Part shown: one piece after another, positions 57,584 through 64,000 of the stretch
How the letters are laid out: the number at the start of each line of letters is the position of its first letter
How positions within the stretch are numbered: the first letter of the stretch is position 1
Assembly (NCBI GenBank): GCA_049692775.1
Contig: JBAVPE010000113.1
Location: 1,692 to 65,691, forward strand
Length of the DNA stretch: 64,000 bases
DNA from: Anaerocolumna sp.
GTDB lineage: Bacteria; Bacillota; Clostridia; Lachnospirales; Lachnospiraceae
Direction: 5' to 3'
Position numbers and translations under genes: made by a program
Notes under the pieces: generated by a model
Database searches by the model: none
What the model saw: only the letters and a program-made list of their open reading frames with translations
What the model was told of the DNA's origin: nothing

Positions 57584-57630
57584 ACTAAAACGCCGTTATT
57601 ACAATAGAAACCAGACCAAAGGAGGAATAA

Positions 57631-58422
57631 ATGGATAAGGATGAAATGCAGGTAAAGGGACGGATTTTTGACCTACAAAGATTTTCCGTTCATGACGGAC
57701 CCGGAATACGTACCATCGTCTTCTTAAAGGGCTGCAGGCTCAGGTGCAGATGGTGCTGTAATCCTGAATCCCAGGAATATGACATTCAAACCATGATGGT
57801 ACAGGGCAAACCTAAAATAATCGGAAAAGATGTTACCGTAGAAGAAGTAATGGATGAAATTAAGAAAGATTTACCTTATTACAGAAGATCCGGCGGAGGT
57901 GTAACCTTATCCGGCGGTGAGGCCCTATGCCAGCCGGAATTTGCTGTTGCATTATTAAAAGCCTGTCAGGATTATGGAATTCATACAGCCATGGAAAGTA
58001 CAGGATTTGCAGATTTTAAGGTTATTAAAAAATATCTTCCCTATCTGGACGTTTATTTAATGGACATCAAGCATATGAACAGCAGAAAACATGATGAGTT
58101 TACTACAAAGCCCAATGAACTGATTTTAGAAAATGCCAGGAAGATTGCAGAAACAGGGGCTCATTTGATTATAAGGGTACCGGTAATTCCCACATTTAAT
58201 CATACCAAAGAGGAAATAATAGATATCGCTGTATTTGCAAAAACTCTTCCAGGGGTACAGGAACTGCATTTACTCCCCTATCACAGGTTAGGTCAAGATA
58301 AATATGAAGGTCTTGGAAGAAAATATACCCTGGCTCACCTAGAACCATTAAGTAATGAGTATATGGAAGAATTACTGGAGGCAGCAACAGCTTCCGGATT
58401 ACAATGTCAGATCGGTGGTTAA
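57631..58422 (+). CDS. glycyl-radical enzyme activating protein (radical SAM)
   Basis: 263 aa. CRLRCRWCCNPE CxxxCxxC cluster motif and GGEAL SAM motif. Immediately downstream of the GRE. Confidence 0.9.
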   Translation: MDKDEMQVKGRIFDLQRFSVHDGPGIRTIVFLKGCRLRCRWCCNPESQEYDIQTMMVQGKPKIIGKDVTVEEVMDEIKKDLPYYRRSGGGVTLSGGEALCQPEFAVALLKACQDYGIHTAMESTGFADFKVIKKYLPYLDVYLMDIKHMNSRKHDEFTTKPNELILENARKIAETGAHLIIRVPVIPTFNHTKEEIIDIAVFAKTLPGVQELHLLPYHRLGQDKYEGLGRKYTLAHLEPLSNEYMEELLEAATASGLQCQIGG

Positions 58423-58490
58423 CTGGATTTAATCAGATTGGAGTAAGGTGAAAAATGATACAGTATATTTTTCACCATCCTGATATATAC

Positions 58491-58515
58491 GCGTGCTAAA
58501 GCACGCAGATTGGAG
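58491..58515 (+). promoter_or_regulatory. hairpin-SD module copy 6 (proximal; serves the PduU/EutS-like gene)
   Basis: GCGTGC-TAAA-GCACGC followed by AGATTGGAG. The ATG is 5 nt after GGAG. Preceded by a 10-bp hairpin GGTGAAAAAT/ATTTTTCACC (58447-58476). Confidence 0.6.
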
Positions 58516-58520
58516 TTTAT

Positions 58521-58898
58521 ATGGATATTCAGGATATGTTAACAAGTGAAAATAAATTGAGAATTATTCAGGAGATTGTACCGGGAAAACAAATTACAAT
58601 TGCCCATGTCATTGCCAATCCCGATGATATCCTGTATAAAAAACTTGGACTTAACCCGGAGATGGATTACCATAAATCTGCTATCGGCATTGTAACCCTT
58701 TCTCCCAGTGAGACAGCTATTATTGCCAGTGATTTAGCGATAAAAACTTCCGGTGTGGAATTAGGGTTTGTGGATCGTTTCAGCGGTACTTTAATTGTAA
58801 CAGGCAGTGTATCGGAAGTAGAAACCTCCCTTAAGGCCATTGTAGAGTATACTAAGGATAAATTAAATTTTACGGTATGTGAAATAACAAGGACATGA
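58521..58898 (+). CDS. circularly permuted BMC shell protein (PduU/EutS-like)
   Basis: 125 aa. IQEIVPGKQITIAHVIANP...AIGIVTLSPSETAIIASDLAIKTSGVEL. Confidence 0.85.
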   Translation: MDIQDMLTSENKLRIIQEIVPGKQITIAHVIANPDDILYKKLGLNPEMDYHKSAIGIVTLSPSETAIIASDLAIKTSGVELGFVDRFSGTLIVTGSVSEVETSLKAIVEYTKDKLNFTVCEITRT

Positions 58899-59326
58899 AA
58901 AGGATCATATTTGTGGGCAGAAGTGAATGCGGAAAAACAACCTTAACCCAGGCTTTAAGGGGGGAAGAGTTAAAATACCAAAAAACCCAATATACCGGCT
59001 ATCATGATTTAATCATTGATACCCCCGGGGAATACGCGGAAACTAAGACTTTAGCAGGGGCTTTAGCCTTGTATTCCTATGAAGCAGATGTGGTTGGACT
59101 CCTCCTTGGTGCAACAGAGGATTATTCCCTGTATAGCCCGAATATCACAAGTCTTGTTAATCGGGAAGTGATTGGTATTGTAACCCAGATCGACCGTTCG
59201 GAAGCTAACCCGTTTAGGGCGGAGCAGTGGCTTTTGTTGTCAGGCTGTGATAAAATATTTTTTGTAAGTGCCTGTACTGGGGAAGGTATTGGGACGTTAT
59301 TAAATTTTTTAAAGGATAATGAATGA
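58895..59326 (+). CDS. EutP/PduV family small GTPase
   Basis: 143 aa. P-loop GRSECGKTT and DTPGE. 4-nt overlap with the preceding gene. Confidence 0.85.
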   Translation: MKRIIFVGRSECGKTTLTQALRGEELKYQKTQYTGYHDLIIDTPGEYAETKTLAGALALYSYEADVVGLLLGATEDYSLYSPNITSLVNREVIGIVTQIDRSEANPFRAEQWLLLSGCDKIFFVSACTGEGIGTLLNFLKDNE

Positions 59327-59411
59327 GGCTGAGCTGAAATAGTAATTTTATGTTCAGTCTTTCTTTCATATATGGGAATTTATTTTAAACAGTATGGATG
59401 GTGGTGATTTT

Positions 59412-60368
59412 ATGAATGCAGAGTTATTACACAAACTGGAAAAAATAACGAAAGAGGAAGAACTTATATTATCCGGTAAGAATTTTGTAGAAAAAAATTT
59501 ATATACAACTAAAAAAGACTTTATTATAGACAGTAAAAAGATGCTGGATAAAGGAAAACTAATCGATGTAAGGACCCATACCAGGTTTACCCATTTCCCC
59601 AAACATAAACATAATTATATTGAAATCATCTATATGTGTAAAGGAAGTACCACCCATACTATTAACGATGTAAGCCAGGTAGTACTGGAAGAGGGAGATT
59701 TATTGTTTTTGAACCAGAATGCTTTTCAGGAGATATTGCCTGCCGGAGAAAAAGACATAGCAATTAATTTTATTGTTCTGCCCGAATTTTTTGATGTTGC
59801 CTTCAGTATGCTAAAAGGGGAAAATATGCTGAAAAATTTTATTGTGGATTCCCTGAGACAGAATACGGGTAAGGCTAGTTACTTATATTTCAAGGTCGCA
59901 GATATTTTACCAATACAAAACCTGATTGAAAACATGATCTGGTCATTAGTGAATAAACAGCCTAATAATCATAAAATAAACCAGACCACAATGGGATTAT
60001 TATTTCTACAGCTGTTAAATTATACGGATAAAATCGAACAGGCCGGAAATGATCCATATGATAATTATATGACATTGTCGGTACTTCGTTATATTGAAGA
60101 AAACTACAGGGAGGCAAGCCTGGCTAAACTTGCGGAAGATTTAAACCAATCAATTTATTCCCTGAGTAAATTAATTAAACGAAATACCGGTCATAATTAC
60201 AAAGAGCTGCTGCAGATGAAAAGGTTTAATAAAGCGGTAGAGTTATTGACGAATACAAAACTGACGGTTTCGGATATCATTGCGGTGGTGGGTTACGATA
60301 ATACAAGCTATTTTCACCGTGTTTTTAAAGAAAAGTACCAAATGACCCCAAAACAGTTCCGCGGATAA
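59412..60368 (+). CDS. AraC family transcriptional regulator (cupin sensor + HTH)
   Basis: C-terminal AraC HTH (VGYDNTSYFHRVFKEKYQMTPKQFR). GGTGGTGA precedes the ATG at 59412; the ATG at 59394 lacks an RBS. Confidence 0.85.
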   Translation: MNAELLHKLEKITKEEELILSGKNFVEKNLYTTKKDFIIDSKKMLDKGKLIDVRTHTRFTHFPKHKHNYIEIIYMCKGSTTHTINDVSQVVLEEGDLLFLNQNAFQEILPAGEKDIAINFIVLPEFFDVAFSMLKGENMLKNFIVDSLRQNTGKASYLYFKVADILPIQNLIENMIWSLVNKQPNNHKINQTTMGLLFLQLLNYTDKIEQAGNDPYDNYMTLSVLRYIEENYREASLAKLAEDLNQSIYSLSKLIKRNTGHNYKELLQMKRFNKAVELLTNTKLTVSDIIAVVGYDNTSYFHRVFKEKYQMTPKQFRG

Positions 60369-60435
60369 TAATAGGCTTCTGTTGTAAGATTCATGGTATG
60401 AGGATTTTACAGCCCCTTTGTTCTTATTTATAATC

Positions 60436-62133
60436 TTACTCACCTCTTAAGCTTTCAAAGGTACCGTAAATATTGACCATTCCATAACCCCATTCCCGGT
60501 TGGGATAGTTTAAAGCCGGATTCCTGTTTACCCCACGGATTAAATACTTCTGAATTTGAAATGTGTCCATGGACCGGTCATTACCATTTACAATTCCCCA
60601 TTCAAGCAGCATAGCAGCCACGCCGGTGAGCAATGCTGCAGCGGTACTGGTGCCTGAGGTTAATCCGTACTCTCCATTTGGTAAGGGGGAATAGACATTT
60701 ACGCCAGGTGCAGCTAAGTCCGGGTTAATTATATTATATCGGGAGTAGCCTCTGCTGGCATTGGAATAAAGGCTTTGATTTATAGGATTGTAAGCTGTGG
60801 CTGTAATAGCAAATATGTTATTTCCCGGTTCAGTTATAGTTGTATATTGGTTAGGTGACAGAAAAACGGTATCTTCAGAGATAAACCCCCGTACCGGCAG
60901 CCATATATGAAAACCGGAGGTGATTTTTGAACCATAGACCTTAAATTTCCATATTCCAGGAGCAGGATTTCTAAAACGGATCAGAATCAGCTGATCACCG
61001 GTTTGGGCCTCCACAATGACATAATCAATATAAATGATGGTAGATTCGAAAATAAACCTGATATTCCTGAATTCATTTAATCTTGCAGGAATACGGGGGA
61101 TGTACTCTCCGGAGGGGGAGATAATATCAATGGAATAGGTACCGGGAGTATTACCCCATAATTCCATGGAAAAATTATGTTCTTCATTTCCTATTTTTAA
61201 TTCTACCAGGGTATGGCCGACTGAGTTATCAATTTCCCCGAAAAAATGATGGCCGGCATTACCTTCGTTACCGGCAGCGATGATAATTGCAGTTCCGATC
61301 TGATTCGAATAAGACGATATCAAATCATTTAAGGGACCTAACCCATCATGGCTTCCCTGATTGGTTCCCAATCCGATGCATATTGCAATGGGACGGTTCA
61401 TTTTTTTGGCCATATTGATTAAATAAGTTAATCCAAACATAATATCATTTTCTGAATAGCAAATAGCGTTTTCTGGTATACCAAAATAATCTCTCCCATT
61501 TAATTTTGAATTTTTTAATTTAACAATAACAAATTCTGACAATGGAACAACTCCGGAAAATTTTTCTGATTCAGTAGGATTTCCTCCCGCAAGTCCTGCT
61601 AAAGTGGTGCCGTGTCCTATATCATCAGTACTTGGAACGATATCCAGGGGATTTTCACTTTTAAGAGCCAGATTAATCTGCTCCCTGGTATATTCCGTAC
61701 CATAATAAAAGATATCAGAAGAAGCCTGCATATTCTCTATGGTCTGGTCCCATATGGAGACAATTCTGGTAGTCTGGTCAGCATATTGAAACAATGTATC
61801 CAGATAATCTATTCCTGTATCAATAAAACCTAATAGGACCCCATTTCCCTTAAGAGATAAGTAAGGTGTAGTTTGAAGTCTTATTACGCCCATTTCTTCC
61901 AGGCTGGCTGTATCCAGCAGAGTATACAGCTTTGGGATGACAGAATAAGCAACTGAGCCGATTAATCTATCCGGTATTCGTGTCATAGTGACATAAATCA
62001 CTGCATATTTGTCATTGATATAATTAATTGTTTCACCTGCATATCTTGCGAATTCTTCGGGACTGAGGGTAGATTCAATTATACCGTCTGCATAATCCTC
62101 ACTGATTATTTTTCTTCTTTCTTCCTCATTCAT
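60436..62133 (-). CDS. S8 (subtilisin-like) serine peptidase, similar in size and organisation to clostridial Csp proteases
   Basis: Catalytic triad contexts FIDTGIDY (Asp), GHGTTLAG (His) and SGTSTAAALLTG (Ser). 565 aa with an N-terminal prodomain-like region and no signal peptide. Confidence 0.75.
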   Translation of the reverse strand: MNEEERRKIISEDYADGIIESTLSPEEFARYAGETINYINDKYAVIYVTMTRIPDRLIGSVAYSVIPKLYTLLDTASLEEMGVIRLQTTPYLSLKGNGVLLGFIDTGIDYLDTLFQYADQTTRIVSIWDQTIENMQASSDIFYYGTEYTREQINLALKSENPLDIVPSTDDIGHGTTLAGLAGGNPTESEKFSGVVPLSEFVIVKLKNSKLNGRDYFGIPENAICYSENDIMFGLTYLINMAKKMNRPIAICIGLGTNQGSHDGLGPLNDLISSYSNQIGTAIIIAAGNEGNAGHHFFGEIDNSVGHTLVELKIGNEEHNFSMELWGNTPGTYSIDIISPSGEYIPRIPARLNEFRNIRFIFESTIIYIDYVIVEAQTGDQLILIRFRNPAPGIWKFKVYGSKITSGFHIWLPVRGFISEDTVFLSPNQYTTITEPGNNIFAITATAYNPINQSLYSNASRGYSRYNIINPDLAAPGVNVYSPLPNGEYGLTSGTSTAAALLTGVAAMLLEWGIVNGNDRSMDTFQIQKYLIRGVNRNPALNYPNREWGYGMVNIYGTFESLRGE

Positions 62134-62393
62134 TCTTAAACCTCTCCCTGATATAATTTTAAGACTTATTGTAATATATGAAATAAGATGATAACTTATT
62201 TTGCAAAGATGATGAATTTTACATCAGGTTATTAATGATTAAACTATTTAAATGTATTACATTATTGCTCTTTCTGGAAGTATTTGTTATACTGTTTACG
62301 GCTATTTATAATGATTAGGGAAGAATTAATACAATATTCTGTAAAGAAATTAACTTACCCAAATCTTTGATTAATAAGAAGAGTGTATTTGAC

Positions 62394-62417
62394 GCGTGCA
62401 AAGTACGCAGATTGGAG
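62394..62417 (+). promoter_or_regulatory. hairpin-SD module copy 7 (outside the BMC locus; serves the SGNH hydrolase)
   Basis: GCGTG-CAAAG-TACGC (one G-U wobble) followed by AGATTGGAG. ATGATG follows 3 and 6 nt after GGAG. Confidence 0.5.
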
Positions 62418-62420
62418 CTT

Positions 62421-63062
62421 ATGATGAAAGAATTATTTAAAAAAGGACAGGTTGTACTGTTTCAGGGAGACAGTGTAACTGATTGCGGCAGGAACAGGGA
62501 AGATGTAAACTCCCTCTCCGAAGGATATCCCGGGGTTGCAGCTAAACTGTATCATACATTATTTCCTGATAATGGGATTACTTTTATTAATAAAGGCATT
62601 TCAGGAAATAGGGTTATCGACTTATTGGACCGTTATGATGAAGATTTTAAAGGAGTAAAACCGGATTTCCTGTCAATTCTAATTGGCATTAATGATACCT
62701 GGCGCAGGTATGATTCCGAGGATCCTACCAGTACGCAACAATTTGAAGAAAATTACAGGTTATTATTATCTAAAATTAAAAAAGATCTTCCGGACTGTAA
62801 AATCATGATAATTGAACCCTTTGTCTTAAACTCTTTACCGGACAGAAAGGCCTGGAGAGAGGATCTGGATCCCAAAATACATGTTGTCAGGGCATTAGCC
62901 AAAGAGTTTGCTGATTATTACCTGCCGATGGATGGAATTTTAGCAAAAGCAGAAGTAGAGAAGTATACCTGTAAACAGATTGCAGAGGACGGAGTTCATC
63001 CAAGTGCAATCGGACACAGTATAATTGCCGAGGAGTATATCAAGGCACTTGCGAACAGTTAA
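62421..63062 (+). CDS. SGNH/GDSL family hydrolase (esterase)
   Basis: Block I FQGDSVTD, block II GISGN, block III GINDT and block V DGVHPS. The start is at 62421 or 62424; the track TTG at 62367 runs through the hairpin. Confidence 0.8.
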   Translation: MMKELFKKGQVVLFQGDSVTDCGRNREDVNSLSEGYPGVAAKLYHTLFPDNGITFINKGISGNRVIDLLDRYDEDFKGVKPDFLSILIGINDTWRRYDSEDPTSTQQFEENYRLLLSKIKKDLPDCKIMIIEPFVLNSLPDRKAWREDLDPKIHVVRALAKEFADYYLPMDGILAKAEVEKYTCKQIAEDGVHPSAIGHSIIAEEYIKALANS

Positions 63063-63172
63063 AAATTCAATGGGAACCGATATTAAAATAAAATGACCCC
63101 AAAAAATTGACCGGTACAGTTCCAGATGATTTTTTGGGGTTTTTACGCTGTCAAATCTGAATTTAGAAAAAA

Positions 63173-64000
63173 TTAACCTGCTATTTCCGCCAGTCTTTCC
63201 ATAATCGGAAGATGCTGGGTACATAATTTCTCACACTTACCGCATTTGATACATTCAGCAGCCAGTTCAGCTGGAAGGAACCAATGATATTTCAACCGGT
63301 CATGTAAATTATTACCTAATAATTTTTCGTTGTAGGCATCCATGAACTTCGGAATATCAATTTCCCTGGGACAGTGTTTACAATAAGCACATCCGGTGCA
63401 TAGATTGTTAAGGGCAACCCCTTTATTTTCATATTCACCGTAAATTTCCTTTGCGGGTCTTTCCACCAGACCCTCAACTGCCTTACAGGCATCATCAACA
63501 TGAGCTTTTGTAGTACAACCGGCTAAAGTAATGGTAATTTCTTTATGGGAAGCTACAAAGTTTAAAGCGGCCTGAGGAACAGTTAAACCAGTACCCTCTG
63601 CCAGATAGCGGAAAGTATCCGGATTATTTGGGATGAGTCCGCCGCCCAAAGGATTCATGACAACAACACCCATTCCTTTTTTATGGGCAGCTTCAATACC
63701 GGTTTGACGGAATCGATAATTCAGTGCATTGTAACCGATTAACATTCCTTTAAACAAATTAGAGGCAACAGCACCTTCTAACTCATCACCCTGCATATGG
63801 GAAGAAAATACAATATTTCGGATTAAACCGTCTGATTTTGCCTTTTCAAAAAAACTATATAGTGAATCACATTGTTTGGCAAATGAATCCAGACTTAAGA
63901 CACACCATAAATGATAAAAGTCCAGATAATCCACCTTTAACCTGGTCAGTGTAGTCTCAAGCCTTTTACGGAAATCGTCCGCGGTTCCTTTACCGCCGAC
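63173..64000 (-). CDS. aldo/keto reductase with C-terminal 4Fe-4S ferredoxin-type domain, N-terminus beyond window
   Basis: AKR core plus CTGCAYCKHCP and CIKCGKCEKLC motifs. The frame stays open to nt 64000. Confidence 0.8.
   Translation of the reverse strand, partial: VGGKGTADDFRKRLETTLTRLKVDYLDFYHLWCVLSLDSFAKQCDSLYSFFEKAKSDGLIRNIVFSSHMQGDELEGAVASNLFKGMLIGYNALNYRFRQTGIEAAHKKGMGVVVMNPLGGGLIPNNPDTFRYLAEGTGLTVPQAALNFVASHKEITITLAGCTTKAHVDDACKAVEGLVERPAKEIYGEYENKGVALNNLCTGCAYCKHCPREIDIPKFMDAYNEKLLGNNLHDRLKYHWFLPAELAAECIKCGKCEKLCTQHLPIMERLAEIAG

Noticed and set aside
47898-58515. Whether the repeated hairpins are ANTAR (EutV-type) antiterminator targets, as in eut loci.
   Set aside because: As I recall, ANTAR sites are paired hairpins with hexaloops carrying A at position 1 and G at position 4, overlapping a terminator. 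Here the loops are 4-5 nt (TAAG, TGAA, TAAA, GTGTA). Most copies are single and abut an SD, and no ANTAR regulator is encoded in the window.
1-64000. CRISPR arrays, tRNA/rRNA genes, prophage, transposase or integrase genes, and toxin-antitoxin or defence systems.
   Set aside because: None was found. There are no regularly spaced direct repeats, no cloverleaf-like or rRNA-like segments in the intergenic regions, and every ORF above ~140 aa has a metabolic, transport, regulatory or structural assignment.

Overview
Chromosomal segment of a low-GC Firmicute, Clostridia/Lachnospiraceae-like by gene content, AT-rich codon usage and GGAGG-type ribosome-binding sites. No rRNA, tRNA, CRISPR array, transposase or integrase gene was seen. 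All calls come from reading the sequence and the ORF track by eye; no searches, folding or statistics were run. Left third (1-22.6 kb) is housekeeping: ilvD (5' partial), ilvB, serC, serA, a YibE/F membrane protein, alkaline phosphatase, DUF1015, a truncated azlD remnant, an SLH-like surface protein preceded by a 244-bp nested inverted repeat, manA, DUF624, MscS, type III glutamine synthetase, an ~840-bp non-coding gap, truA, a LacI regulator and a flavin reductase. Middle (23.0-30.4 kb) is a compositionally distinct, GC-richer block encoding an unusual LacI-HTH/PBP1/ABC-SBP fusion regulator, a lipoprotein SBP, an ATPase, a fused permease and a GDPD-family phosphodiesterase. It is followed by glmS with its glmS ribozyme. 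Right half (33-59 kb) is an L-rhamnose (probably also L-fucose) utilisation supercluster: rhaB-rhaA, a YesM/YesN-type two-component system, a rhamnose-type ABC transporter, and a ~14.4-kb glycyl-radical-enzyme microcompartment (GRM5-like) locus. That locus carries a class II aldolase, CoA-acylating aldehyde dehydrogenase, alcohol dehydrogenase, PduL, seven shell genes, PduS/PduT-like redox proteins, an embedded DeoR regulator, the GRE and its activase, and PduV. An AraC regulator, an S8 peptidase, an SGNH hydrolase and a partial aldo/keto reductase follow. The most interesting unexplained signals are RNA-level. First, a ~110-nt structured leader occurs twice with compensatory base changes, upstream of rhaB and inside the BMC operon. 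Second, a hairpin-plus-Shine-Dalgarno module (GCRYGC-N4-5-GCRYGC-ARAnnGGAG) occurs seven times, six in the BMC locus and one before the SGNH hydrolase.
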